Positions 29,340-39,316 are shown, counted from the stretch's first letter. The stretch: DNA of 64,000 nt from Terrimicrobiaceae bacterium (GCA_041752695.1 JBGSVZ010000102.1:1-64000); one strand, 5' to 3'. Notes: a model not told the origin generated them from the sequence alone. Made by a program: numbers and translations.

Positions 29340-30545
29340 TCAGACGTTTCGGTTTGCAAGTGGAGAATCCGGAGGGAGCGGTTGGGCCTTACTCGAATGA
29401 GAATTGAAGGCAGCTTGCGCAGCATGCGGCATGGCGATGCTGCCCTTGTGATGCGATACCGTGCCGGTGTTGTTATCCACCACAGCGAACGCGTTCTGTG
29501 CCGTCTGGTGGGCCACCATGCCGGGATTGTTGGGATTGCTGACAGAATCTCCTCCGGAGGAGGCCGGTGGAATCGGCGGAGGTGGCGGCACATCGCCACC
29601 CATTGAAGCTGACATCTCCCCTGCCAATCGGCCTGCCGAGCCTGCGGCACCAGCAGCAGCCTGCGCTCCGGCCAACGCCCCTTGCATGGCAGTCGATCCG
29701 CCGAGGGTGGCGGCGGCTCCGGCGGCTGTTAGGCCGGCTCCAACAGCCATCCCAGCTGCCTGCATGGTCCCTTGGATGCCAGCTTGCAAGGCCGCGGTGG
29801 TTCCGCTCATTCCCTTCATGATGGCTCCGGCCACAAAAGGAATCGAGAGGTAGAAGAAGACCGTGATGACGGAGGCAAACGCCATGATGAACGGGAAAAG
29901 CAGCCAATTCTGCACGACGATCAGGTTTTGCGCCGTCTGGACGATTCCGCCTGTGGTGATCGGCGCGTAAAGTAGATCGCTGATGGCCACGATGACGATG
30001 TCCACCAGGCAAATCGCCACATGCCAGAGCAACACCGTCAATGACGTGACACAGAACTGGATGCCGAGGGATTGCGTGTAGGAGAAAAAGAGGAACCCCA
30101 GCAAAATTGGAGAAACCGCAATCAATCCGGCGATGGCGAAATTCTGAAAGAACGTCAACACCACCAACATAAAACGCCCGATGCCTTGGAAAAACATGCC
30201 GATGGCAGCAGGCACAACTTTGCCGAGATCCGTCCACGAGTCAGACGGCTGATTCTCAATCCGGGATCGGAGAAGCTGGACGAACTTGGCATCGCGGGCG
30301 TTGGTGAATTTACCGCGCATCTCGACGAAGGCGTTTTGGCCTCCGTCCATGGCGGACGGAAACCCGGCGAGGAGTCCGACGATGAGGATGACTTTCAGGA
30401 GCGCGCCGAGAATGGCTCGTGTGTCGGATCCGGCCCGCCAGCCCATTTCCCCAATGCCGATGATACAAAGGACAAAGGCGAAGGGCATCAGGAGCAGCCG
30501 GATTTCCAGAGCGGCGGTAAAGAGATTGGAAAGGGAAGTCGTCAT
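29340..30545 (-). CDS. VirB6/TrbL-like polytopic T4SS protein
   Basis: Several TM helices followed by an Ala/Gly-rich C-terminal tail, as in TrbL. Confidence 0.75.
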   Translation of the reverse strand: MTTSLSNLFTAALEIRLLLMPFAFVLCIIGIGEMGWRAGSDTRAILGALLKVILIVGLLAGFPSAMDGGQNAFVEMRGKFTNARDAKFVQLLRSRIENQPSDSWTDLGKVVPAAIGMFFQGIGRFMLVVLTFFQNFAIAGLIAVSPILLGFLFFSYTQSLGIQFCVTSLTVLLWHVAICLVDIVIVAISDLLYAPITTGGIVQTAQNLIVVQNWLLFPFIMAFASVITVFFYLSIPFVAGAIMKGMSGTTAALQAGIQGTMQAAGMAVGAGLTAAGAAATLGGSTAMQGALAGAQAAAGAAGSAGRLAGEMSASMGGDVPPPPPIPPASSGGDSVSNPNNPGMVAHQTAQNAFAVVDNNTGTVSHHKGSIAMPHAAQAAFNSHSSKAQPLPPDSPLANRNV

Positions 30546-30563
30546 AGCGTGAAAAGGCGAAGG

Positions 30564-31445
30564 CTAGAACCCGGGCGGAACGTCCGCGTTCGGCGCGGAA
30601 AAATCGGGCATCTCCAGTTCCGCCTCCGCCTCTGCGGCCATGCGGGCCAGTTCGCGGTTGCGGTCGCGGCTGATTTCCTCGGCGGCCACCTCCTCGGCCT
30701 GGGCACGATTGCCGTTCAGCGTGTGGAGCAATTCCACCTGTCCGCGTGCCGTATCGACCATGCTGTCGAGGTCTTCGAGTGCTGTCTGTGCCGTGGACAG
30801 CGAGCCCGCCAGCTTCTGCACTTCTGCATCGTCCTGAGCTCCCTTCAATTGTGTGTTGAGGCGGGCAATCTGGCGATTGAGCACCTTGCGTTTGTTCTGG
30901 GCGCGGCCCAGAAGAACCTCGAAACGGGAAAAGGCATTTTCGACAGCCCGGAATCGTTTCAGCGGATCGTCGGAGTCGCGAAAGGATGCGATGCCGTCAA
31001 AACCCCGCGAGGTATCGAGCGCCAGGTTCTTCCAAGAGTCCAGATTGATGGGCTCGAAAAGTTCCTGCACCGTGGCGGAGATTTTCGCCCCTTCCTGCGC
31101 AATGCCGGCCAGTTCGCCCAGCGTATCCGCTATGCCAGAGTCTTCCAGATACCCGGAAAATACGCCGTTATCAATGAGGGCAATGGCTGCCACCGGATCC
31201 CCAATAGCCTGCTTGACCATGTTGGCGGTTTCCAGGTGTTCGCGCACGGTGGTCAGCGTATTGTGGAGCGTCGCGAGTTTTTCGGCCCACTTGGCCTGCT
31301 CCCACGTGTATTTCAGAATATCGAAGACGTTCTTTTGGTCTTGGCGGGCTTCGACACCGGGCGCGGCAACGACGATCTGCGCGTGAATGATGGGGGTGGA
31401 AACCGCGGTAATCGCGGCAGTGACAATGACAACGGGCTTTTTCAT
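30564..31445 (-). CDS. VirB5/TrbJ-like secreted helical protein
   Basis: Signal peptide ending IHAQIVV, long amphipathic helices, directly upstream of the virB6-like gene. Confidence 0.65.
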   Translation of the reverse strand: MKKPVVIVTAAITAVSTPIIHAQIVVAAPGVEARQDQKNVFDILKYTWEQAKWAEKLATLHNTLTTVREHLETANMVKQAIGDPVAAIALIDNGVFSGYLEDSGIADTLGELAGIAQEGAKISATVQELFEPINLDSWKNLALDTSRGFDGIASFRDSDDPLKRFRAVENAFSRFEVLLGRAQNKRKVLNRQIARLNTQLKGAQDDAEVQKLAGSLSTAQTALEDLDSMVDTARGQVELLHTLNGNRAQAEEVAAEEISRDRNRELARMAAEAEAELEMPDFSAPNADVPPGF

Positions 31446-31473
31446 GGCGATGGAATTGGGCTGGAAGGAGGGG

Positions 31474-31767
31474 CTACTGAACGACAGGGATGGTTATTTC
31501 GTAGGGAACCGTCTTCACCGTGGCGGCGGGGTCGGGTGTGATTGGAATGCGGTAGAGGGACACCCGCCGCTCGGGCTTGGTTTCGGACCGCTTCTGCGTG
31601 TCCTGCAAAATCCAATACTGCCGCTTCACAGTGTCGGACGCACCGCGCTCATACCCCTTCTGGAATTGCGAGCGCGAGGCGCACGCGGGAAAGGCGCACG
31701 TCACGACGACGGCCAGGCACACGGGTTTTATTTTCCTAAAAGCAATGAAACGATGGATAGTATTCAT
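31474..31767 (-). CDS. small putative lipoprotein (VirB7-like or entry-exclusion candidate)
   Basis: Hydrophobic leader ending FPAC, 97 aa, between virB4 and the virB5-like gene. Confidence 0.55.
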   Translation of the reverse strand: MNTIHRFIAFRKIKPVCLAVVVTCAFPACASRSQFQKGYERGASDTVKRQYWILQDTQKRSETKPERRVSLYRIPITPDPAATVKTVPYEITIPVVQ

Positions 31768-31774
31768 GGGAGAG

Positions 31775-34477
31775 TTAGGGTTGGGACGAAAGGGAGGCTG
31801 CGGATTCGGCAAGAATCCCGCTGACGATGTCGGAGTGGTTGCGGAGCAGACGGCTCCGGTTTTCGAAGTCTTCCCCGGTTGAGGAAGAGCAGAAGAGCAT
31901 TTCAGGAGAAACGCGGTTATGAATCGTCCCGCAGAGGGGCTCCTGAACGTCGAGGTGGTAGTACGTCAGGGCGGCGTATTTGTTGGAATCCGGCAAATGC
32001 TCCGGCAGCGGATACCGGGAGATCGCCTCCTTGGTCGTCTCGGACAAATCAATATCCTTCGCCACATCCTCAATGTCGCGCCGGTCATTCATCCGAGTGA
32101 AAAAGAACTGCTTGGCGTTGCCGAAGACGATTGGGCGAATGCCCGAGCGCTGAAACCGGCTGTATTGCTGAACGATGGAGATGATCCAGGTGGAGAACTT
32201 GGAAAGCTGGGCGTAGAACTCCGAGACGAGTTGCTCGCCGCCCGGAATATCCAGCGTTCTGGCCACCTCCTCGAAGATCACCCGTTTCCGTTTGCCTCGC
32301 GGAAGCGTGATGATGTGCTGGCGTCCATAGTTGGCGATGAGAAATCCAGCCAATTCCTTCAATTGACGGTTCGACTCCGGGATGTAGGTCAGATCGAAGT
32401 GAGCAATCCTGCCGGTGATCGACAGGGTAGAGTGGCCACAGACCAGCCGTTGCTCGTTCCAGGGGGCCAGCAGGGTGGCAAGGTGGTTGATCTCATTCCG
32501 GTCATGTTCCGGGAAGGGAGCCACCAGCATCATTTGCTGGAGCATGTCGTGAGTCGGATAATCCTCCGCACCGAAGAACGCGAACGCCGCGTTACGAACA
32601 TACCGTTCCGTGTCGGGAGACTGGATAAACCGGGAAATTTCCTCAGCGGTGGGCGCTTCAATCAGCCGTTGGCGTTCCTCTGGCGCGACGGCATGTTTCA
32701 ACTCAGCCCATGCTTCTACAAAAGTGGCCGAAATCGGCATGTGGTCCTTCTTGTAAGCCAAGGTGGCACGGGCGAGTCGGGCCACCATATCCAGGCGCGA
32801 AGCGTCCTCACCAACCCACTCCTCGAAACGGTCGGTATAGAGTTGCTCAATATATTGCGTGATTTGGGCAACCCGGAGATTGCGCCGATCCTCGTCAGCA
32901 GGGTGGCCGGCCATTTTGGCCACCAGCGCGGCAGCGGTGGTGATTTGCAGATTGGTCAGGGGTGCGCCCTGCGTATCGAGATAGTTGAGGCACAAATCGC
33001 CGTCGGGCTGGATGACGATCGGCGTATGCCCCTGCGCCTGGGTCCAGATGCCGTAGGACAACCCTTCCTCCACAATGAGGGTAAAGTCGTAGTAAGGATC
33101 GGCCTGCGAGAGCAGATCGGACATGAAGGCCGACTTTCCAGCGCGGGTCATTCCCAACAAGACCGCGAGTTGCGGCGTGCCGGAGAGAAAGTTTCGAATA
33201 CCAATCAGGTTCCGATTGCTGCCATCGTAGAGAGCTTCCGCATCCTTGAGATGTCCGGTGAAGGTAGACGAAAACGGCAGGATGTCTGCCAGCCATTCGT
33301 CGAGGCCATTGTCAGCATGGTGGGTGTATTTCCCCCACAGCCATCCGGGCCAGGTTTGAAACCAAATGTTTTTGGTCGTGGCGGCGGAAGACAGATTGCT
33401 GGTCCAAGATTGGGCATCTTCCATCTGCCCGAAAGCCGTCTCGATCTGGCGTGTTTTAGAGATCAGCCCGTGTTCGGAGCTGTCCCAGACGTGCACCAGG
33501 TAGTCATAGAGAAACGGAACGACATCTCCTTGGGCCAGATTGCGAATCCGTTCCTCCTTCACCGCCTTGGAGGTCAGAAGGGAATGCTTTCCTTCGGCGG
33601 CATAATCCCCCCTCACCCGTTCCAGCGAACGTTCAGCCCGGGCGATTTCTTTGCGGACATTCTGTGGGTAGAGATTGACCGTAATGGCGTAATCGAGAAA
33701 TGGCAGCGAGGTCAGTGACCAGAAGATCCCACGCCGGGTCCGCTGGGGCCGCCGTTTGAGGATGATCAGGTTGTGGTAATACCCATCGGCAAAGAATCCG
33801 AAGGTCTTTCCCGCCTGAACGCCTTGGTGCCAGCAGTTCTCATGGATGGTTTCTTCCTCCCGGAATTGTCCAATCGGATCGTAGTTGTCGCGTTGGAGAT
33901 ACGACGGATTGAAAAACGTGGCGTAATATCGAAACAAATCCGCCGTGGACATGGCCGAAACCCGGCAGCCATGCGGTTCCAACAACGAGGTAATGACGCG
34001 CCCATGCTGGTCGAATCCTTCGCTGTACTGGGCAAGAATCCTCCTGTAATGGTCCTGCAATACCTCCTGATTCGCGCCGGATGGCGGATTGACATCGATG
34101 GGCCTCGAGAGAAAAAGCACCAGCTTCTCCCGCCGCAATGTCCCGTCCTGCATCGCCCTCCAGTAGCGGTTGAACCGCTCGTTGCGGGATATGGCCGCCC
34201 ATGAATCCGGCTCGCATCGGTCTTCCGTCACCTTGTTATAGGCCAGCAATTCGTCCCGATAGTTGGAATCCACCGACCAGCGGATTTGCGCGCGGGTGGA
34301 TTCATCCAATGTGTGCAGGAACTGCCTCACGGATGCGTAAAACTGATCCAACGTGTGCTCGCTGGCATGCCGGAGGTCAGGAACGTCGAGGAAAAATCCC
34401 TTGGAAACAAAACCTCGTTTGTCGAGATCGTTCCAGACGATAAGATTTTCAGTGAACCAGCCATTAGGTGCTTGCAT
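31775..34477 (-). CDS. virB4: VirB4/TrbE-family conjugation ATPase
   Basis: Walker A GMTRAGKS, IVEEGLSY, Walker B VIFEEV, WIISIVQQ; 900 aa, after pilin and VirB3-like genes. Confidence 0.88.
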   Translation of the reverse strand: MQAPNGWFTENLIVWNDLDKRGFVSKGFFLDVPDLRHASEHTLDQFYASVRQFLHTLDESTRAQIRWSVDSNYRDELLAYNKVTEDRCEPDSWAAISRNERFNRYWRAMQDGTLRREKLVLFLSRPIDVNPPSGANQEVLQDHYRRILAQYSEGFDQHGRVITSLLEPHGCRVSAMSTADLFRYYATFFNPSYLQRDNYDPIGQFREEETIHENCWHQGVQAGKTFGFFADGYYHNLIILKRRPQRTRRGIFWSLTSLPFLDYAITVNLYPQNVRKEIARAERSLERVRGDYAAEGKHSLLTSKAVKEERIRNLAQGDVVPFLYDYLVHVWDSSEHGLISKTRQIETAFGQMEDAQSWTSNLSSAATTKNIWFQTWPGWLWGKYTHHADNGLDEWLADILPFSSTFTGHLKDAEALYDGSNRNLIGIRNFLSGTPQLAVLLGMTRAGKSAFMSDLLSQADPYYDFTLIVEEGLSYGIWTQAQGHTPIVIQPDGDLCLNYLDTQGAPLTNLQITTAAALVAKMAGHPADEDRRNLRVAQITQYIEQLYTDRFEEWVGEDASRLDMVARLARATLAYKKDHMPISATFVEAWAELKHAVAPEERQRLIEAPTAEEISRFIQSPDTERYVRNAAFAFFGAEDYPTHDMLQQMMLVAPFPEHDRNEINHLATLLAPWNEQRLVCGHSTLSITGRIAHFDLTYIPESNRQLKELAGFLIANYGRQHIITLPRGKRKRVIFEEVARTLDIPGGEQLVSEFYAQLSKFSTWIISIVQQYSRFQRSGIRPIVFGNAKQFFFTRMNDRRDIEDVAKDIDLSETTKEAISRYPLPEHLPDSNKYAALTYYHLDVQEPLCGTIHNRVSPEMLFCSSSTGEDFENRSRLLRNHSDIVSGILAESAASLSSQP

Positions 34478-34793
34478 GGGAAAAGAGGGGGTTGCGGGGT
34501 TGGCAGGAATGGGGCATCCAGCCGGACCCGTTGGCGTGGGCTTCCAGCCAATCGGTATCGAAGGCCTTGGGTTTGCCTTGGCGGAAGGCGAAGACGTACC
34601 CTGTGACTAGAGCGAACGGCACCGCGCCTGCACCAACGCTGAGCATCGGCGCGTTGTGACGCGAGAGCACGAGCGCAAGTCCGATGCTGATGAGGAGTCC
34701 GGCGAGCATGAACAGAAGGTTCGTGCCCTCGATGCCCCAAATCTTGCCGTCGCTATCGTCTCCGGCGTGGGTTTGAACAATTCCCTTGCTCAT
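34464..34793 (-). CDS. VirB3-like membrane protein
   Basis: 109 aa, KIWGIEG then two TM helices, RQGKP..F; between the pilin and virB4. Confidence 0.7.
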   Translation of the reverse strand: MSKGIVQTHAGDDSDGKIWGIEGTNLLFMLAGLLISIGLALVLSRHNAPMLSVGAGAVPFALVTGYVFAFRQGKPKAFDTDWLEAHANGSGWMPHSCQPRNPLFSHAST

Positions 34794-35041
34794 TATTGGG
34801 AGATGCCAATGGTGGGCATTCCACCAGCGTTGAAGAGAGCTTCCGCAATCACGACCGCGAGACCGAGAAGCAGGCCGCCCACGATGGACATCTTGCCTTG
34901 ATCCGCGTTGCCCGACCGGACTTGCCAGCCGCCGTGGGCAATGACTACGACCGCGATGATGAAGAGGAACTTTGCAATGATTCCGAGGCCTTCGGACATT
35001 GCGCCGTCGAGGGAGGCTTGAGCGAGGATGAGTGTGTTCAT
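34793..35041 (-). CDS. VirB2/TrbC-like pilin
   Basis: 82 aa, two hydrophobic helices separated by GGWQVRSGNADQGK; first structural gene of the operon. Confidence 0.75.
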   Translation of the reverse strand: MNTLILAQASLDGAMSEGLGIIAKFLFIIAVVVIAHGGWQVRSGNADQGKMSIVGGLLLGLAVVIAEALFNAGGMPTIGISQ

Positions 35042-35403
35042 ACGGTCGCGATCCTGGCAGCAATTTCGAGGACACCTGCTCCCGTTTGGGAGCAACTTGC
35101 GAAGAGCACAATCAGAGTTCCGTACCGAGACGCCTTCGCCCTACAGATGGCATCGTAGAGCCGCTTGGCGCCGCGTATGAAGTCGGGATAAAGATCTTCC
35201 GTCTGCACTCCAAGTGCGCGGGCAAGGTAGATCAAATCGTCGTCGGAAACACAGACTCGGCGGGACTCGATTTTAGAGACCTTCCCGCGGGTGGCTTCCT
35301 CCATTCCGAGGATCTGGAGTTTTACGGCAAGGGCGGATTGTGACAGTTCCCGGCGGCTGCGTAGCCGTCGGATTTGGGGTCCGATAACGTTTCGATTTCT
35401 CAT
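35038..35403 (-). CDS. XRE-family HTH transcriptional regulator
   Basis: IGPQIRRLRSRRELSQSALA...VSKIESRR...LARALGV; stop overlaps the pilin start. Confidence 0.88.
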   Translation of the reverse strand: MRNRNVIGPQIRRLRSRRELSQSALAVKLQILGMEEATRGKVSKIESRRVCVSDDDLIYLARALGVQTEDLYPDFIRGAKRLYDAICRAKASRYGTLIVLFASCSQTGAGVLEIAARIATV

Positions 35404-35448
35404 GGTGGAGAAACCGTTCCCCAGAAAATGCGGCTACTCCGTGGGTCT

Positions 35449-35478
35449 GTGACGAAGTTGGCAGAAAAAGTGACGAAG
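35449..35478. promoter_or_regulatory. candidate LytTR binding site: 9-bp direct repeat GTGACGAAG-N12-GTGACGAAG
   Basis: Perfect repeats at 35449-35457 and 35470-35478 (21-bp period), 45 bp upstream of the XRE/T4SS operon. Confidence 0.65.
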
Positions 35479-35516
35479 CTGCCATTTGGAACCCTTCGTC
35501 CCAGCCACTCGCCCTC

Positions 35517-36236
35517 TCACAGAATCTTGCGCAGCATCACTGCGGCCTGCCGCCCGAGCCGAATTGGTGAGGAAAATCCCGCAATCTCGACATCCATTTC
35601 GTCACGCGACTTCATCGCCACCCGCCCGACCTTTTCCAGGTTGATGATTAATGAGCGGCTGGGACGGATGAACAGGTCTTTCGGTAATCGCGCCTCCCAA
35701 TCCGTCATGCTGCGCCGAACGATTCTTGTCGTCCCCCTCGTGAGATGAACCAGAGTGTAATTTTCCCGGGCTTCGATTCCACTGATCTCGGAAACGAAGG
35801 CCACAAGAATGTCCTTCCCTTCACGAAAGAAGACCTTGTCGTCCGGGGCAAGCACGCCGGAGAATAAATCCTTCGGCTGATGGCGAATTCGCTCAAGAGC
35901 ATGGGCAAGCCGCTCAGGGCTGGCTGGTTTGAGCAGATAATCAATGGCGTTGACCTCGATAGCCCTGAGCGCGAACTGGTCGTAGGCGGTAACAAAAATG
36001 ACCGTCGGCATGGGCATGAGCTTGGCCAGTAGATCAAAGCCATCACCGTCGCCCATCTGGATATCAAGAAAAAGCAAGTTGGGCCGGAGGTCCTGGCATA
36101 GCGTGTAGGCACCTGCGACGGATTCCGCTACTCCGATCACACGTACATTCTGGTGGGCGGAGAGCAGGTCGAGCAGCACCTCCCGGGCGGGAGCTTCATC
36201 ATCCACAATCACGGCGCGCAATTCCGGTGGTTTCAT
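35517..36236 (-). CDS. LytTR-family response regulator
   Basis: IVDDEAPAR, FLDIQM, IFVTAYDQFALRA, DYLLKP receiver; EARENY and FIRPSRSLIINL LytTR domain. Confidence 0.93.
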   Translation of the reverse strand: MKPPELRAVIVDDEAPAREVLLDLLSAHQNVRVIGVAESVAGAYTLCQDLRPNLLFLDIQMGDGDGFDLLAKLMPMPTVIFVTAYDQFALRAIEVNAIDYLLKPASPERLAHALERIRHQPKDLFSGVLAPDDKVFFREGKDILVAFVSEISGIEARENYTLVHLTRGTTRIVRRSMTDWEARLPKDLFIRPSRSLIINLEKVGRVAMKSRDEMDVEIAGFSSPIRLGRQAAVMLRKIL

Positions 36237-37342
36237 GGTGCAGCCGGAATTTCTACTCGCACTCGAACCCAACCTTCTTTCTCACTGGCTTTTAGGGTGT
36301 GATTGCTTGGATACAGTGAGCCAAGGCGCTGCCGGAGGTTAGTCAGACCGATTCCCCCATCTTCCATTGGGATTGTTTCGTTTATCCAACGGCCTGTATT
36401 GGCTACTTCCAAAAGGAGTTTTCCTGAATTCGTGCGGGAGACAGCAAGCCGGATTTTGAGGGGAGGGGGAGAGGTCTTCTTCCCGTATTTGATGGCGTTC
36501 TCTATGAGAGGCTGGATCAACACACCGGGAATGAGCATTTCGCGCGTGGAGGGATCGACAGTGCTATCGATTTCCAAATTCTCCCGGTAGCGTGCCTTCT
36601 CCACGGTGATGTAACTCTCCATGGCTTCCAACTCCTCGCGCAGCGGAACAAAAGTTCGGTCCCTGTGTTTCAGGGAATAATGGAGATATTCCACGAATGC
36701 TTGGACGAGTTCCTTGGCGTGCTGACCGGGTTTTCCAATGGCCGCCATTATTGTGTTCAGTGCATTGAACAAAAAATGCGGGTTCATCTGCGCTCGGAGC
36801 ATTTGGATCTCCAGGCGTTGCCTCTCCACCTCGCTACGGGCGAGTTGAACATCACGGGCCATGCTGTCGCGCATGAATTTGAGGCCAAAGTAGAGCAGAC
36901 TCCATGCGGCGCAAAGTCCGGCGCGGAAATAGAAAATGCCAAAAATCATCGCGGGCGTGAAAATTTCCTTTTCGGCCACGCCAAAGAGATCGTGAAATCC
37001 CAAATAGAGCAGAGTCAGGATTGCTCCCCCAAGTAGTGAAACGCCTGCAACGATAAATGCAATGCGCATCGAGCTGGAATGGGCATCATACACTCTCCGG
37101 TAAATTTCCCTCATGCCGAGCGTGAGAAAAAAACCTAACCCATCCCGGTACGCGGAAACGACCACGGCTCCGGGAAAATCCTCAAGAACGACCCATTTCA
37201 GGGGGAATGTGAAAACAATGAAGGCCAGCCAGCCAGCAATCTGGAAGCGCCAAAAAAGGGGTAGTCGCCGAACGAAACTGCGGAGAACCGCTACGCTGAA
37301 CTGACCAGACTCTGACACTACCCTGATTCCCTCGACCTCCAT
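36233..37342 (-). CDS. LytS/YehU-type membrane sensor histidine kinase
   Basis: N-terminal TM helices; LRAQMNPHFLFNALNTI, QPLIENAIKYG, GIGLTNLRQRL. Confidence 0.93.
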   Translation of the reverse strand: MEVEGIRVVSESGQFSVAVLRSFVRRLPLFWRFQIAGWLAFIVFTFPLKWVVLEDFPGAVVVSAYRDGLGFFLTLGMREIYRRVYDAHSSSMRIAFIVAGVSLLGGAILTLLYLGFHDLFGVAEKEIFTPAMIFGIFYFRAGLCAAWSLLYFGLKFMRDSMARDVQLARSEVERQRLEIQMLRAQMNPHFLFNALNTIMAAIGKPGQHAKELVQAFVEYLHYSLKHRDRTFVPLREELEAMESYITVEKARYRENLEIDSTVDPSTREMLIPGVLIQPLIENAIKYGKKTSPPPLKIRLAVSRTNSGKLLLEVANTGRWINETIPMEDGGIGLTNLRQRLGSLYPSNHTLKASEKEGWVRVRVEIPAAP

Positions 37343-37699
37343 AGCAGCCTACCCCCCGGCGTATCGGTTCCTTTGAGTTTCGGGAGCAAAATTTTTGCAG
37401 GCACCCGATGGTTCTTCTATATCCCTTCCATGTCCCCAAAAATCCGCCAATTGAACGTCAGGGATCAAACTGGAAACAACGGGAAACGCTGAATTTTGCG
37501 GTGTCGAAATCCATTTTAGCCGTAACCATTCAGCAGCCTGACCACGCATGCCGTGTAGTAGTTCCGAGTCCTGGATTCCAATGCAGTGGCGGTCGATCCA
37601 AACCATCAAAATGATCGAATCAAGCAGGGTAACTGGAAGAAGGCTCCTATTGCACGTTTTCACGACACGTTGTGCGATGCGTCCTTGCCTTAAACCCCA

Positions 37700-39316
37700 C
37701 TAGCGCCGATCGCTACGAAAAGGCGCAGCGGGCAGTCCCGCGCGATTGTAGAGATTGGCATCTGGAGCGTTGGAGAAAGCATACCGGATATCTTTTGGGT
37801 TGGAGACTACAGGGCTTGAGGCAACGACAGTCCCTTTGACGACCACCGCGTCGGCTGGGACAAACTTGCCATCGGCCCCAGCCAGTTGGAATCCTTTCAA
37901 GGTGCCATCCCCTTTCACAATCAGGCCGTCTTCAGCATTCGAGAAAGAAACTTGAATTTTGTCGCCATCAACTTTCATTTCCTGAAAAATCGGTCCCGAA
38001 TATTCGATGTCCTTGCCGTAAACTTTCGCGAGGGCAATGCGGGAGAGCCGCGAGGCATAGTCCTGCATATTTGTAGGATGGAGATCGTCCAATTTGCCGA
38101 TATCGATGGCAACAGCCATACCCGTATTCGGCAGTTTCAAGGCGGCTGCCTGGTCTTCGCGGATTTTGGCGAGGTCGATACCCTCCGGGTTTTTGCCCGG
38201 GCCTTCGTAATTGGGAAGTTGGACAAAAAAGAACGGAAGTTCACGCCCCCAGTGGCGCCGCCAGGCATTGATGAGGGCGAGGAACGCATCCCCGCCGGTG
38301 CCTTGGAACCAAACGACCCCAGCGATATTGAAAGGAACAAGGGGATGAATCATACCATTAAACAACATCGAGGTCTGCCGGTAGGCATGATAGCGAGGAT
38401 CTTGGATGCTGCCCACCGGCTCAGGTTCTGGCGGCAGTGGAACATCCCGGCCATTTGCCACAGCCCGCTCGGCCTCCGCCAGCCACTCCCGCCATTGATC
38501 AAGTTTGTCGAAGCTGGCATAGAGCCCGGTTGGAGCGGGGACGCGCTTTTTCGAATCCCCCTCCCCTGACGCAACGACCCACTCGCGGATTTTTTCACCG
38601 TATTCTTGATAAAAAACTCCGCCGTACTCCTTCACCAGCCGATCCGTTGCATCTACCCAGGCTTTGAGTTCCTGCTTTTCGAGCAGAGATTCGCGGTCGG
38701 TCCAAGCCCAGGCCACCGTTCCGGGAACCGAGGAATGGATCAGCCCAATAGGGACACCCAGCTCGGCCTGCAATTCGCGACCAAAGAAATAGGCGAGAGC
38801 GGACAGCGGTCTGGCGGTCTGGGGGGAAATGGCTGTCCAAATCCCCTCGCAGTCATTCTGGGGTGTGAGGGCGGCATGTTTTTTCACCGTAAACATACGG
38901 ATTTGGGGCGAATGCGCGTTCGCAATTTCCTTTTCACTATCCCGCACGCGACCCATATCCCAAGTCATCCACGACTGTCCCGAGCAAAGCCAGACCTCAC
39001 CGATCAGGACGTCCTTCACCGAGATCTCGGAAGATCCTGAAATTGCGAGGGTATGCGGTCCTCCGGCCGGAAGAGGAGGCAACTGAACCATCCAGCGGCC
39101 ATCTGAGTCGGCGACGGCCTCCGCGAATTGCCCGCTGAGCGAGACAGTCACTTTTTCCCCCGGTTCGGCCCACCCCCATATCGGATTTTTCGCATCCCGC
39201 TGTAGGACCATGCCGTCCGAGAACAGGGACGGCAGACGGGGTGCCGCCGAGAGGGGAGAGGCCGAGGCGCACGTCAGTAGCACCGCGCCCAGGAGTCGGG
39301 GGAGGTGCATGTTCAT
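37700..39316 (-). CDS. sialate O-acetylesterase-family (SASA) secreted esterase with divergent motifs
   Basis: PSLFSDGMVLQR, GEVWLCSGQSWM, FFFVQLPNY, DLHP, GLPAAPFRSD. Confidence 0.88.
   Translation of the reverse strand: MNMHLPRLLGAVLLTCASASPLSAAPRLPSLFSDGMVLQRDAKNPIWGWAEPGEKVTVSLSGQFAEAVADSDGRWMVQLPPLPAGGPHTLAISGSSEISVKDVLIGEVWLCSGQSWMTWDMGRVRDSEKEIANAHSPQIRMFTVKKHAALTPQNDCEGIWTAISPQTARPLSALAYFFGRELQAELGVPIGLIHSSVPGTVAWAWTDRESLLEKQELKAWVDATDRLVKEYGGVFYQEYGEKIREWVVASGEGDSKKRVPAPTGLYASFDKLDQWREWLAEAERAVANGRDVPLPPEPEPVGSIQDPRYHAYRQTSMLFNGMIHPLVPFNIAGVVWFQGTGGDAFLALINAWRRHWGRELPFFFVQLPNYEGPGKNPEGIDLAKIREDQAAALKLPNTGMAVAIDIGKLDDLHPTNMQDYASRLSRIALAKVYGKDIEYSGPIFQEMKVDGDKIQVSFSNAEDGLIVKGDGTLKGFQLAGADGKFVPADAVVVKGTVVASSPVVSNPKDIRYAFSNAPDANLYNRAGLPAAPFRSDRR

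Noticed and set aside
37349..37663. 104-aa ORF upstream of the sensor kinase as a signalling peptide precursor
   Set aside because: No double-glycine or signal leader and no processing/export gene nearby; it cannot be supported as coding.
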